A model generated the notes under the pieces. The model did not search any database. It was given only the letters and a program-made list of their open reading frames with translations, and was not told the origin of the DNA. A DNA stretch of 64,000 nucleotides from Pelagomonas calceolata. Taxonomy: Eukaryota. The DNA lies in contig CAKKNE010000005.1 of the NCBI GenBank assembly GCA_918797485.1, positions 2,480,001 through 2,544,000 on the forward strand. The letters are read 5' to 3'. Numbering within the stretch: the stretch's first letter is position 1; the number at the start of each line of letters is the position of its first letter. Below are positions 32,426-43,900 of the stretch, piece after piece. The translations under genes and the position numbers were made by a program.

Positions 32426-32731
32426 ATGGCCGCCTGCGAGCAGCCCTGCCTCGCCTGGAGCCTCATCTGCGCGCCGCCGCCCGAGAGCCCGCGGCAGCGG
32501 CGGCGCCGCGACGACGACGACGCCCGCCAGGCGGCGCAGGTCGCCCAGGCGCGGCGGTCCGCGAACGCGCGTCAGTGCGCGCCCTTCGCGCGCGACGCGG
32601 CCTTCGAGGCCTTCGACGCCCAGGCGCGGTTCGCGGCGACCACGCCCGCGACGCCGCCGTCGCTGCGGCCCCTCGACGCGTCGCCGTCGCCGTCGACGAG
32701 CCCGCCGCCGGTCGGCCGTCGACGAGAATAA
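32426..32731 (+). CDS. Hypothetical protein (101 aa)
   Basis: GC3-rich ORF filling an otherwise empty slot and ending 7 bp from a convergent gene; no recognisable domain. Confidence 0.45.
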   Translation: MAACEQPCLAWSLICAPPPESPRQRRRRDDDDARQAAQVAQARRSANARQCAPFARDAAFEAFDAQARFAATTPATPPSLRPLDASPSPSTSPPPVGRRRE

Positions 32732-32738
32732 TTAAACT

Positions 32739-34389
32739 CTATTTGTTAAGGAGGTCCTCGCGCCGCCGCGCGGCGTCCTTGGCGGACATGGGCCGGACCT
32801 CGGCGTCGCGCGGCCGCGCCCACGTCGTCACCTCGGTGACGTGGTTGAAGTAGTAGACGTGCTTGTGGTTCGGATCCCAGCCCTCGATCCAGTCCGGCCC
32901 GTCCTCGGAGTACTCGCTGCCCGACTCGTCCGACGACTCCTCCTCGCTCGATTCCGACGCGGGCGTTTGCGGTTTGCGGGGCAGCGTGTCGACGGCGCCC
33001 TTGGCGATGAGGCGGTCGCGGAGCGACTGGGCGGCCGCCGGCGCGGGCGCGGGCGCGGCGAAGGCGCTCGCCGCGAAGGGGTCCGCGAAGGTCGACGCGG
33101 CGGCGGCGAAGGGGTCCGCCGCGCCGAAGGACGACGCGGTCGCGGCGAAGGGGTCCGCGGCGGCCGGCGGCGTCGGCGCGCCGAACGCGGATGACGCGGC
33201 CGGCGGCGTCGGCGCGCCGAAGGCCGACGCGGCCGGGTCCACCGGCGCGCCGAAGGCCGACGCCGCGGACGAGAACGGGTCCGCCGCCGCGGGCGCGGGC
33301 GCGGGCGCGCGCGCCGCGGGGGCCGCGGGCGCGCCGAAGGCCGACGCGCCGAAGGCCGACGCCGCGAAGGCCGACGCCGGCGTCGCGTCGCGCGGCAGCA
33401 GCGAGGGCGGCGCGGGCGCCGGCGCCGGCCGCGCGCCGCTCGCGTCGCCGCGGCGGCGCGCCGCGGCGGCGGCGGGCGCCGCCCAGGCCCGCCGCGGCGC
33501 GGCGGGCGGCGCCTTCGTCGTCGAGAGCGCGTTGCGCACGTGCGAGGGCACGGCGTGGCCGTGGCGCCGGTCGGCGCAGAGCGGGTTGCGGCCGACCTTG
33601 ACCTTCGCGAGCTTTTTCAGCGGCGCGAGGTGCTTCAACCTGCGTGGACACAACGTCGCGTCGACGGCGTAGAAGCTCCGCGCCGTCGAGCAGGCGCGAT
33701 TTCGACACCGACACAAACTGGTCCGCCGCGAGGCGGTTGCCCCGCAGATCGAGCTCCTCGAGGTTCGGCGCCTTGGCGATGTCGGGAGCGACGAAGCGCA
33801 CGACGTTGTGCGCCACGACCAGCCGCTTGAGGCACGGCGCGCCCGCCGCGCCCAGACTGAGTTTTTGCACGCGGTTGAAGGCCGCGAGCAGCACCTCGAG
33901 GCGCGGCGGGAAGCCCCCCTTCACACCAGCCGCGCGCGCGCCCGGGTGAGCGGCGAGCACCTTCGCGTGGTCGCCTGGTATGGTAACGGCGCCCGTCGGG
34001 CCGAGGCGCTCGAGCTCATTTCTGGAGACGTCGAGCTTGACCAGCGCGATGAGTGGCGCGAGCGTCCGCGCGTCGAGGTGCTGCAGGCGGTTGTTTCTCA
34101 GCACAAGGGTGTGGATGGTCCGTGTTGCGAGGGTCCTTTCCACGGCCGCTGGTACCGTGAATACTTTCAGTTCTTTGCCCCGCAGGTCGAGCACGCCGTC
34201 CTCGCAAACGTCGTTTTCCTCCGTTACTGTGTGGGCGTGCGCGCTTTCCAGTTCCGCGTAGAGGCGCTCGGCGCGCTCGCAGCGCTGCTGCTGTTGTGTA
34301 GAGAGGAGCCGCGTGTCCCGCTCGATCTCGTCTCGCTTTCTTGCGCAGAGCCGCTCCCAGGCGTGCTCGTCTCGATCTGGGCGGACCAT
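32739..34389 (-). CDS. LRR protein with DPF/AFG repeats and a C-terminal WW domain
   Basis: Exons 34389-33719 and 33639-32739. LxxLxLxxN repeats, four ADPF motifs, and WW domain WIEGWDPNHKHVYYFNHVTEVTTWARP. Confidence 0.8.
33640..33718 (-). mobile_element. Introner-derived intron (79 nt), sense orientation
   Basis: Minus strand: GTTTGTGT (8 nt) + CGGTGTCGAAATC...TACGCCGTCGACGCGAC..GTCCACGCAG. Splicing gives LAADQLKHLAPL. Confidence 0.75.
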
Positions 34390-34554
34390 CGTTTGCCTTC
34401 GTTTTGCAGGGAAGCCGCAGGGGGCAGCCGCGACGACGGCGTCCGGTGGAGGTGCGTGCCCTGTGGCCGCTTGGCTTATGCGTGCGTCGTCCGAACGCCA
34501 ATATTTGTAGGCGCGCCGGTTGCTCGAGCCCCGGCGCCCGAACGGTTTGTTGGA

Positions 34555-34578
34555 GCTAGTATGTCACTATACGCTAGG
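34555..34578 (-). promoter_or_regulatory. Degenerate spaced palindromic motif copy
   Basis: Minus strand CCTAGCG-TATAGTGACA-TACTAGC between divergent LRR and CENP-S genes. Confidence 0.5.
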
Positions 34579-34814
34579 ATCGGCGCCGAGACCTTTCACG
34601 GGGCATATTGATCCTATTATCACTCTTCAGCGGCTGAGAGTCTATAGAAGTGCCGCAAACAGCGAGCGCTGGCCGCAGAAGCGAGCGCTAGGCCGCAGAA
34701 TCGAGAATCCACTGGTTGAGAAGGACACCCAGCTTGCGTGTGCTCCTTAACACCTGCCAAACCAAACGCACGCCGCCGGCCGTAGACAGCAGCGCCGGCC
34801 GGCCGCCCAGCACC

Positions 34815-35183
34815 ATGTTCGACGGCGAGGACGGCGACCAGGACGACGCGCTGCGCTCCGCGCTGCGCCACGCCGTCGGGACGATCTGCGACGCGGGCAA
34901 GGGGCGCCACGGCCTCGAGGCGGACCCGGAGTTCGTCTCGACGCTGGCTTATGTGGTCGAGAAGTACGCGAAGCGCCTCGCGACGGACCTTCCCGCCTTC
35001 GCGAAGCACGGGAAGCGGTCCGTGGCGGGCGCCGAGGACGTGCTGCTCGTGGCGCGCGACAACCCGGACCTGTTGCGGCGGCTGACGGAGTTCGTCGACT
35101 TCCACGACCACCGCGGCAAGCCGGCGGGGCGCAAGAAGAAGAAGGATATCGATCCGGCGGACGCCATGCCGGGGCTGCGGTAA
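34815..35183 (+). CDS. CENPS: Centromere protein S / MHF1 histone-fold protein
   Basis: LRSALRHAVGTIC...LATDLPAFAKHGKRSVAGAEDVLLVAR. Confidence 0.85.
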   Translation: MFDGEDGDQDDALRSALRHAVGTICDAGKGRHGLEADPEFVSTLAYVVEKYAKRLATDLPAFAKHGKRSVAGAEDVLLVARDNPDLLRRLTEFVDFHDHRGKPAGRKKKKDIDPADAMPGLR

Positions 35184-35256
35184 GGAGCGTGTGTGTGTGT
35201 GCATCGCTTTTGTCGGACTCCTCTCGCGTCGATGGCGTAGAGGTTTTGCGCAAGAA

Positions 35257-35280
35257 GCTAGCGGCCCGTAAGGCACTAGC
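35257..35280 (+). promoter_or_regulatory. Spaced palindromic intergenic motif copy
   Basis: GCTAGCG-GCCCGTAAGG-CACTAGC, ~135 bp upstream of ATG 35414. Confidence 0.65.
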
Positions 35281-35413
35281 AGCGAGCATGTGCAATTTTG
35301 CTGCTGCGGCATGTCCACGGCCCTAAGGGTGGGCGGTGTTGCCGCCTTGGCGCTCGTTCCGGTGGCTGTAGTGCTGACGGTGTGGCTTCTGAGAGTCTGA
35401 GGCAGCCCCACCG

Positions 35414-36589
35414 ATGAGGTGCTGGCTTGGGCTGCTAGCAGCAGCCAACGCGAGCCTGTTCCAATACTTCCGGAGGCACAGGGAGCCCGTCAAAGACGCC
35501 ATCCCCGCGGCGATCGCCTCAACGACTGTCCGCGCGAACGCGAGCGGCCACTTCCCGTTCGACTGGAAACGGCTCACGCTCTGCGAGGTCCTGCGGAAGC
35601 GGGGAAGGCAGCAAAAGACGCCGGGCGGCCACGCGCTGCTCGTCTACGCGACCGACCAAAGGTACCTGGACGGCGTGCAGACGAAGGCGCACCGTGCTCT
35701 TAGTTTACGCTATGCCTTCAGCAAGAAGCTCCGCTACTGCACAAAAAAAAAGCTGCGCCTCTTCGCGCTGCTGGGCCGCTTTAACGAGGAGAAGACCTGC
35801 CCGTTGTCCCAAAACTTCTGCCACCAGATGTTAAGGGTGGCCGGCCTCGCGGCGTTGCTGGATCGACGGGGACCAGAGGGCCAGAAATTCGAGAGCGTGA
35901 CCTACGCCGACCTGGACACCGTACCTGTAGATTTCACAGTGACACCGGCGCACTACCTCGCCATGGCGTCGTCCGCGGACTTGATCGGCAGCGCGAACGC
36001 CGCGGGCATGCCGATCCTGATGAACTCCGGTTTGCTCATCGTGCGGAACACGGCCTGGAGCCGCTCGGTCCTACTGGAGGCCTGGTGGCGGCGCCGCGCG
36101 CAGACGCCCGACCAGCTGTCGCTCTGGGAGGCGCTCTTCGAGGGCTGGGGCGACGCGTACACCTTCGCGAACTACGCCGCGGGCCACCGCGAGGCGCTAC
36201 TAAGGCTCCTGCAGCAACGGTTGGGAGGCCCCTGTGCGGCGTCGGAAACGTGCCAAAACATCTTGGAACGGACGGGCTGCCTCGCGGCGCCCCTGCAAGT
36301 GGGTCGGGTGCTGCTGCTGCCGGCGCGGTTTGCTATTGGTGCTTTACCGCCGCTCCAGGCGGACCACGTCCACGCGCGGCCCTGGTTCTGCCACAAGAAG
36401 TGCGGCCGTAGCACAAGGAGGCGCCTCGGCGGCCACTCCTGGGGCCGCCACGGCCGGCGCGCGAACGACACGTCCTTCGCGCGCTGCCGCGACGCCGCGG
36501 CGGGCTTCGTCTGCCGCTGCGCCGACGTCGTCGACACGCACTGCTCGGCCGTCGGCTCGGGCGACGGCGTCCTGTGTCCCCGTGAGTAG
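35414..36589 (+). CDS. Putative glycosyltransferase (GT34 / GMA12-MNN10-like)
   Basis: Hydrophobic N-terminus, YADLDT (DxD), NSGLLIVRNTAWS, PDQ. Confidence 0.6.
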   Translation: MRCWLGLLAAANASLFQYFRRHREPVKDAIPAAIASTTVRANASGHFPFDWKRLTLCEVLRKRGRQQKTPGGHALLVYATDQRYLDGVQTKAHRALSLRYAFSKKLRYCTKKKLRLFALLGRFNEEKTCPLSQNFCHQMLRVAGLAALLDRRGPEGQKFESVTYADLDTVPVDFTVTPAHYLAMASSADLIGSANAAGMPILMNSGLLIVRNTAWSRSVLLEAWWRRRAQTPDQLSLWEALFEGWGDAYTFANYAAGHREALLRLLQQRLGGPCAASETCQNILERTGCLAAPLQVGRVLLLPARFAIGALPPLQADHVHARPWFCHKKCGRSTRRRLGGHSWGRHGRRANDTSFARCRDAAAGFVCRCADVVDTHCSAVGSGDGVLCPRE

Positions 36590-36645
36590 TTTTTGTGATT
36601 TTTTCTCTCTCTGGTCTTTCTATAGAGCTACTACGATAGACCGCA

Positions 36646-36667
36646 GCTAGCGGTGTAAGACACTAGC
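36646..36667 (+). promoter_or_regulatory. Spaced palindromic intergenic motif copy
   Basis: GCTAGCG-GTGTAAGA-CACTAGC, ~115 bp upstream of ATG 36783. Confidence 0.7.
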
Positions 36668-36782
36668 AATCAGGGAGCTTTTGCAGGGCACAAATCATAC
36701 GCGCCCTGTGCAATCGCTGCGTAAACGTCCTCATCATTCATTCCACCGGCACGTCGAGCTCGCAAGCTATAAATCGGCCACC

Positions 36783-37700
36783 ATGCGTCGCACCGCATTG
36801 ATCTCCCTAATAGCCGCCTGGCAGTGCGCCGCCCTCGCGCCGGCGAACCGCCCGCTCGCCGCCCCGGGCAAGCATGTGCACGCGCAGCGGGCGCCCGCGC
36901 GCGCCCTGCCGCCGCAGGCGGAGCCCGCGCCGGACCTCGAGGCCGCGGTGCCCGACGGGCTGCCCGCGACGCCGTCCTTTAAACTCGTGGCCTTCCTCTG
37001 GGCCAATACGTTGTTATTAGCACCGGTAGCTTTGGCGGGCGCGGCCATGGGCGCGAACGTGCTCGGGCCGAACTGGGCCTGGTCCGCGAAGGCCGCGCGC
37101 CAGGGCGTCCTCTTCGCGCTCCCGTGGATCGCGCTGTCCTTCGCGCCGCTGGACAAGTGGGTGCCGGCCATGGCTGATGTGACTGCTCATACCGAACTCC
37201 TCACGGCGACGGCCCTGGGCGTCGAGTTCGGCGGCTACCGGCGGTGGGGCCAGGTCGCCGGCGCGACGGCTCTGGTCTCGGCGTCGGCCGGAGCGCTCGA
37301 GGAAGCCGCCTTTAGAGGAGTGGCGCAGCGGGGCGTCGCCGCGGCCGTCGCGTGGCTGCTGCGCCTTGGCCGCGCGGCAACGGCCGGCCCCGTCGACCGC
37401 GTCGCGACGGCCGTGGCCGTCGGCGTCGTCGCGGGCGGCTTCGGCGCGCTGCACGACTACTGCCGGGGCTACGCGCTGCTGGCGGCGCTCGCGGGCGCGT
37501 ACTTTGGCGTCGTCTACGCGTGCACGGGGAACCTGCTCGTCGCGGCGGTGGCGCACGCGGCCGTCGACGCTGTGGCCTTCGTCACGTGCTACTGGTCGCT
37601 CTGCCGCCGGTCGGCGGCAGACAAGGCCAAGCTCGCCGCGCGGTCGTTCAAGGTCACGGACGCGCTCCGCGCGACGCGGGCGCGGCTCGAGGCGGCGTAA
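36783..37700 (+). CDS. CPBP/Abi-family (CAAX) intramembrane metalloprotease
   Basis: EEAAFRG, FGALH, AHAAVD, multiple TM segments, signal-like N-terminus. Confidence 0.85.
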   Translation: MRRTALISLIAAWQCAALAPANRPLAAPGKHVHAQRAPARALPPQAEPAPDLEAAVPDGLPATPSFKLVAFLWANTLLLAPVALAGAAMGANVLGPNWAWSAKAARQGVLFALPWIALSFAPLDKWVPAMADVTAHTELLTATALGVEFGGYRRWGQVAGATALVSASAGALEEAAFRGVAQRGVAAAVAWLLRLGRAATAGPVDRVATAVAVGVVAGGFGALHDYCRGYALLAALAGAYFGVVYACTGNLLVAAVAHAAVDAVAFVTCYWSLCRRSAADKAKLAARSFKVTDALRATRARLEAA

Positions 37701-37717
37701 TATTTTATCGACAACAT

Positions 37718-38791
37718 TTAGCCCCCCCCCGCCTTCCGCAGGAACGTCAGCCACTGGTATCGGTCCGACACCTTGCGCCGGAACGCCTCCGTGAAGTAGT
37801 GCTGGCGCGCCTTGAAGACTCGATGGAAGAGCGCCAGGTCGTGCTTGCGCCGCTTGCTGTCGTTCCGCGCGTAGACTACCTGCTGCGCCGCGGCCAGTGC
37901 GACTCTTGCGTCGAGCGGCGGCCGGCGCGCCATCGCCGCGTCGACGAAGAGGCACGGCTCGAGCGCGGGATCCGCGAACCCGAAGGACAGCGCGACGCGC
38001 GGCGGCTCGCGGTGGTCCGGCGCCGCCGCCGCGCCCCAGTGCACGACTCGATGAGAGAGGAGCAGGAACCCACCCGCGTCGAGTGGCAACGCGCGCACCC
38101 TCTGATAGCACGCTTTCGCGCCCGACGCCTCGTCGGCGCCGAGCGCCGCGGCGACCGGGTCCGCCACTGCACCGTCGCCGCCCTCGGCATACGCCCTGTC
38201 GCCGCGCCGTGGAACGACGTACATGCAGCCGTTCGCCGGCGTCGCTCGCGACAAAGCGACCCAGGCGACGTTCGACCGTGGCGCGTCGTCCTCCCGAAAC
38301 GTCGTCGCTGCGTCCTCGGGTTGCCGGTCGCGGTGTGGCCCGAAGCCGCTCGCGCCGGGCTCGACGCGGAACGCGATGGCGTCGCCGGTCGCGACGTTGC
38401 CGCCCGTCGCCGTGGAGATTACCGTCGCGAGTTGCGCCTGGAGCCGCCACGACGCCTCGTAGGCCAATAGGAAGCCTGGCGGGAAGCCGTGCGCCGCCAA
38501 GGAAGCTGCGGCTCGCGCTAGCCGCGACACGTCGACGCACCACGGCGGCGGTCGCTCGACGGCGACGAAGCCGTCAGCCGCGAGTGCAGCACGGAGTTTT
38601 TCACCATCGCCCGCCGCGACCTCGAACGGTGCCGCGTCGGCGTCGGCGCCGTCCAGACCCGGCGCCAGCGCCGACCACAGCTCGGGCGCGAAGAGCTCGT
38701 CCAGCGTCTGCGAGTCCAAGTGCAGTTCTGGACGTTTTGTGACTGGCGGCGCGTCGGCTACGGAGAGTGGCGTGAGATCGATGGCCACCAT
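37718..38791 (-). CDS. Phytanoyl-CoA dioxygenase (PhyH)-family 2OG oxygenase
   Basis: FGPHRD, AWVALSRATPANGCMYVVP, VVHWG. Confidence 0.8.
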   Translation of the reverse strand: MVAIDLTPLSVADAPPVTKRPELHLDSQTLDELFAPELWSALAPGLDGADADAAPFEVAAGDGEKLRAALAADGFVAVERPPPWCVDVSRLARAAASLAAHGFPPGFLLAYEASWRLQAQLATVISTATGGNVATGDAIAFRVEPGASGFGPHRDRQPEDAATTFREDDAPRSNVAWVALSRATPANGCMYVVPRRGDRAYAEGGDGAVADPVAAALGADEASGAKACYQRVRALPLDAGGFLLLSHRVVHWGAAAAPDHREPPRVALSFGFADPALEPCLFVDAAMARRPPLDARVALAAAQQVVYARNDSKRRKHDLALFHRVFKARQHYFTEAFRRKVSDRYQWLTFLRKAGGG

Positions 38792-38992
38792 AGTTTTGGA
38801 GACTGGTTTGCAGTGAGTCTGGGTCGTGCAGTGACACTACTACAGCTGCCCCTTGGAGGTTGCAATGTCGACGTCGAGCGACTATAGAGTGCGTCTCAGC
38901 CAACTCAGATCGATCTTAAACTCAACTTCCGAGCAGTTTGATGCACGCAGTGCTTCGCCAAGGGAGCCTCGCAAATCGAGTCTCTCTAGCAA

Positions 38993-39017
38993 GCTAGTGC
39001 CTCTATACACCGCTAGG
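38993..39017 (-). promoter_or_regulatory. Spaced palindromic intergenic motif copy
   Basis: Minus strand CCTAGCG-GTGTATAGAGG-CACTAGC between divergent genes. Confidence 0.6.
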
Positions 39018-39173
39018 GTATTATTATTGCCAAAAAGCGCTGCCGTAGGTCACAGGGGACCTCGCACGGCACGGATAGACGAGAAATAAGAAGCAGCCAT
39101 AACACGCAAAAAGAGCTCCGCAAAAGCAGCGGCGAGCGGCCATCAGCGGTAGGCCAAGACAGCAGCAGTGACC

Positions 39174-40403
39174 ATGGCGCTAGACGCCGCGGATCACGCG
39201 GACATCATGAAGCTCAGCCTCGAGGAGCGCGTCGCGCAGCGCGTCAAAGACGTAAAAACCATGACGAAGCGGCCCTACGCGCCGGCCGCGGACCCGCTCC
39301 CTCCAAAAAGTTCGGAGAACCGCTTCGCGGCGCCCACAAATAGCTTCGCGCTCGGGAGCGCGGAGCGGCCAAGGAGAAGGAAGCCCCGGGGGCGCGCGAC
39401 GAATGATCTGAATGACGTCTGGGCCTCGCTGGACAAGCTCAACGAGGCGGACGAGGCCGACGCGCTCGACGGCGTCACGTTGGATGAGGACTTGTGTGCC
39501 GCGTTCGACGCGGCGGCGAAGATTGCTGACGACGACGAGTACGACTGGAGCGCCGGAGCGACGAGCTTCGCGGAGCTGGCCGTCGAGAAGCTCGAATTTG
39601 GCGTCTCGCTGCTGCCGGAGGCGTCCCTCGAAAATGATGCGGGGCCCTACCGCGACCAGGAGCCTCTACTAGAATCGTCGGACGACGAGTCGTCGGAGGA
39701 CGACGCGCCGCCGGAGATCGACGAGGTCCTCGAGCAAGAAAGAGAAGAGGCCGAGGCCTTCCGGAACCGGAGATTGGGAGAGGCGCCTCCAGTCGTGGCG
39801 AGGGGCAAAGGCAAGCTCAAACCCAAGGCCTCGCCGACGTGCGTCGCGGACTTCGCCGATTTGCAATCGGGCGAGACGTTGGATATCACAAAACTCGAGG
39901 AGGCCTGCGAAAAGGAAATCGTCTACCCCAGAAATCCTAACCGCATGAAGGATGAGGAAGCTACAAAGCGGGGCGAGGCCATCGCGAAGCATTACCGGGC
40001 GCAGATGGAGCGCAAGGAGGCTAAAGAACAGCGACGTCGGACGCGTGCGATGCGCGGCCGCGTGCTCGGCGAGGACGAGGCGGACACGTCGTCGTCTGAG
40101 GATGACGACGGCGCCTTGCGCGAGCCCATCCCGCCGGGCGCCTTCGACCACGGCGGCGCGTCTACAACCGCGGAGCCGCGGCCGTCGCCGTTCCCGGCCT
40201 GGGACGACAGTAAGAACGTGGCGGAGAACCTCGACGCGTGCCTCGCGCGGCTGCGCGTGGGTGCGCCCCTGGCCGACGCGGACGTCGCGGGCACCGCCGG
40301 CGCCGCCCTGGTGAACGAGCTGCCGCCCGACTTGGATGGAGAGGGCGCGTTCAACCCGGCGCTCGGGGCGCTCGCGGACGACGGCGGGGCGTTCGCGGAC
40401 TAA
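39174..40403 (+). CDS. Hypothetical acidic protein
   Basis: ~409-aa ORF with typical codon usage; no domain recognised. Confidence 0.7.
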   Translation: MALDAADHADIMKLSLEERVAQRVKDVKTMTKRPYAPAADPLPPKSSENRFAAPTNSFALGSAERPRRRKPRGRATNDLNDVWASLDKLNEADEADALDGVTLDEDLCAAFDAAAKIADDDEYDWSAGATSFAELAVEKLEFGVSLLPEASLENDAGPYRDQEPLLESSDDESSEDDAPPEIDEVLEQEREEAEAFRNRRLGEAPPVVARGKGKLKPKASPTCVADFADLQSGETLDITKLEEACEKEIVYPRNPNRMKDEEATKRGEAIAKHYRAQMERKEAKEQRRRTRAMRGRVLGEDEADTSSSEDDDGALREPIPPGAFDHGGASTTAEPRPSPFPAWDDSKNVAENLDACLARLRVGAPLADADVAGTAGAALVNELPPDLDGEGAFNPALGALADDGGAFAD

Positions 40404-40978
40404 CGTGTGGTTTTGAGACCCGGGTGCCGCCTCTACGTGCCGCCTGGTGGACTCCTGGTGGATTCGTCCCGTCCACGCGAGTTTCCTGTTACGGTGGAGG
40501 CCTCCCTGGGGGCGATTTGTTACGGTGCTAGGACTAGTGGGCGGGGCCACTGGGGCAAAGACACCGCACGTCGCCGATCCCTGGAGGGGAGAGACCGCGC
40601 GTCGCGCGGTCCACGCGACACTCCCCTTCGGTCGCCCCGATCATCGCCGCTCCCAGACGTCCGCTCGACGCGCTCCATTCGCAGCTTCGAGGGCAGTCCC
40701 GGGAGCCGCGCGCCGATTTCGCTTCGCGCGGGTGCGGCGCGAGGCGCCGTGCTTTTTGCGGCCGCCGATCTGTTATTTCAGCGGCAAAGGGCTGCCGTGT
40801 GCGCTGTCACACGCCTCGGACAGCACCGCGGCCCATTGTTACGCCACGATTGCGGCCCGCCGACACATTGGTACCGAGCCCAAACCATGAACAGCCTGGT
40901 GGCATAGTAACAGCAAAGTACTGAGCGTCCGCGGGCATAAGGAAGGAGCCAACGCCGGGCACGCACAACAACGACCGG

Positions 40979-43900
40979 ATGCCGTCGCCGAGCATGAGCG
41001 CGTCGCGCACGCCGTCGCGCGCCGTCGGCCGCCTCTTTGGTCTGGACGCCTCGCAGCCGCGGCACCAGGCTCCTCCTGTTGATGACGACTGGGACGACGA
41101 CCACGACGAAGACGCCTTCTACGAGAGTACACGAAGGCGGAGCGACGCGTCGCGGTCGGCGTCGCGGTCGCGCACGCCGCGCCGGTCCCTCAGTCGACGA
41201 AGGAGGTCGTCGGCCACGCAGTCGCCCAACGTCCTGAGGGAGCCACATAAAGCACACAGCAAGACGTGGCGGCCGCCCGGCGCCGCCCACGCTTCCCAGA
41301 GGACGCTGCCGCCCGCGCCATCTAGAACTGAGGGACGGCCCCTGACCTTCGACGTCGACGCGCTGCAGAAGGACCACGCCATCATTGTCGATCAAGTGAT
41401 TGAGCAATTAACGCGGGGCAACGCCCTGAGCGTGTCTTCCTTAACATTAGCGGAACCTCAAAAATTCGGCGCGGTCTACGACCGCCTCCAGGCGGAGCTC
41501 GAGCGGGTCCTCGATAGTAGGGAGGACAGCACGCCGGCGGACGCCGCGCGGTCGCGCGACGTGCAGCACATCGTCTCCATCCTCTTTTCTTTAGTGGAAC
41601 ACGAGCGGTCTTCATTTTTATTCTCGATGTCTTCATTAAGGGAGACGGTCAAGCGGCGCGAGGGCCGGCTGGCGGCTAGAGCATCGTCCGAACTGTCGCA
41701 GGGGCTCCAGCGGCGCCTGAACGCCGGCGCGGCGCTCCTCACGGCGTTGACGCGCGTCGCGTTGGAAGAAAGGCCGACGCGCCGGGCCTGGAGCAAGTGG
41801 CGCTTGTATACCGCACAAAGCATCAGCGCGTCACGGTGCGCTGCTTTAGAGACGGCATTGAGGTTCGCCGCGGGCCAGTCCGAGGAGGCCGCGCTGCGGG
41901 AGCAGGAAGCGCGCGAAAAACTTTTGAAGCGCGTCGCGAGTCGGTGGCTGAACATGGAGAAGCACGGCATCTTTGACCGGTGGAACGAGTGGCGCCGGGA
42001 ACGAGTCTACGTGAGGCAGCTGGCTAAAAGAGTTCTGGGGCGGATGATGCACGGGAAAGTGGCCTCAGCACTAGCGTCGTGGGTGAGGATGGTGCAGGTG
42101 TGCAAGGAGGAGGAATCGGAGAAGAAGCGCCAGGAGGTCATCCTCCAAAGAGTAAGGGCGAAGTGGCTCCTTGGCTCGTTATCAAGAGTCATGAACCGGT
42201 GGTGCGAGATGGTCTCCGAAAGGAAGCACATGCGTCGACTCGTGAAGAAGGTCATCGGCCAGCTCATGAACGGGTTGAGCGGGAGTGCCTTCCGGACGTG
42301 GACGTGCAACGTGACGGAAATGAAGGCCCAGGAGGAGGAGGCCAAGCGCCAGGCCGTCATTTTTGAGAGGATACGCAAGAGGTGGCTCAACCAGACGACG
42401 GGCGCGGCCTACCGGTCCTGGCTCGAGTTCGTGTATGAAAGGAAGCGCATCCGAGGTCTCGTGAACAAGGTGGTAGGGCAGCTCATGCACGGTTTGGAAA
42501 GTTCCGCGTTCCGAGCTTGGTTGGAGAACATGAAGGCCATGGACGAAGCAAAAGAGGAGGAGCAGCGCATGCAGCGGATCCTGGACAAGGTCCGGCGGAA
42601 CTGGCTGATGGCCGGCGTGAACAGCGCGTTCCGGCGGTGGAACGAGTATCGGGGCGAGCGGCGGCAACTGCGCAAACTGGCCACAAAAACGATCCAGCAG
42701 ATGTTGAATAATCGCGTGCTGCCAGCATTTAAAGAGTGGGTCAATAAGGTCGAATTGTTTAAGCGGGCGGATTATCTGATGCGCAAGGTGATGGGGCAGT
42801 TATTACATGGGCTGACCGGGTCCGGGTTCCGGTCGTGGTGTGGCGTCATTACTCAAATGAAGCAAGAGGAACACGAGGCGCAGCTTGAGAAGTGTCGCCG
42901 GCTCGAAGCCCAACTCCAAGAGAAAGAGGACGAAATGCAGGCCATCGAGCAGGCGAGGATCCAAAGTTTGATGAGCCGCGTCGCTCTACGCCTAAAGAAC
43001 GGCGGCTTACTGAAAGTATGGGCGCGCTGGGAGGAGCTCGTCTACGACCGTAAATTGATGAGGAAGGTCGTCGGTCAATTGCTACACGGGTTGACTGGTG
43101 TTGCCTTCCGGTCGTGGTTTGCGTTCGTCGAAGAGCAGGAGCGAGCAGAACAGGAAGCGGCGCGGCACGACGCGATCTGCGCCAAGTTCGTCGCGCGCAT
43201 GCGCCTCGTCTCCGCCTCGAAAGCCTTAAATTCCTGGCGCGAGAACGCGCACGAGCGGAAAAGATTAAGGCGCCTCATGCAGCACGTCCTGACGCGATTG
43301 ATGAAAGGCAGGCTCGTGCCCTCACTAAGTCAGTGGCGCGCCGCCGCGACGGCGCTGCGATTGGAGGCGCGCGAGAAGGAACGGCAACAAAAGCTCCTCG
43401 ACCGCATGCGCCGGCGCATGCAACACAAGTGCATCTTCTCGGCGCTCCTCGCCTGGGACCACTTCGTGGGCGAGCGGAAAAGATTAAGGGCCCTCGCGCT
43501 GCACGTCCTGAACCGCTTGTCGCGGGGCAAGGTCGTTTTGGCTGTAGATAGGTGGCGCGCGGTTTTACGAGAGGAGAAGCAAAACGAGCTGAAACACGAC
43601 CGAGTCGAAAAGTTGATGCGGCGCGTCGCGCTCCGTCTAAAAAACGCGGGCTTCGTCAAGGTCTGGGGCGCCTGGGAGGAGTTCGTCTGGCAGCGGCGGA
43701 CGCTGCGGGCGCTCACTCACAGATTTATCGACGGCAAGGTCGCGGCGGCGCTATTCACCTGGAGGGAGGAACGGCGCTGCGGGATCATTCTCGAGAGGTT
43801 CGGAAGGCGGCTGCGGTTCGCTTGTGTCTCCAAAGCATTAACGACGTGGATTCTTTATAGAAGAGAGCGGAAACGCGTGCGCGCGCTCATGACGCACATC

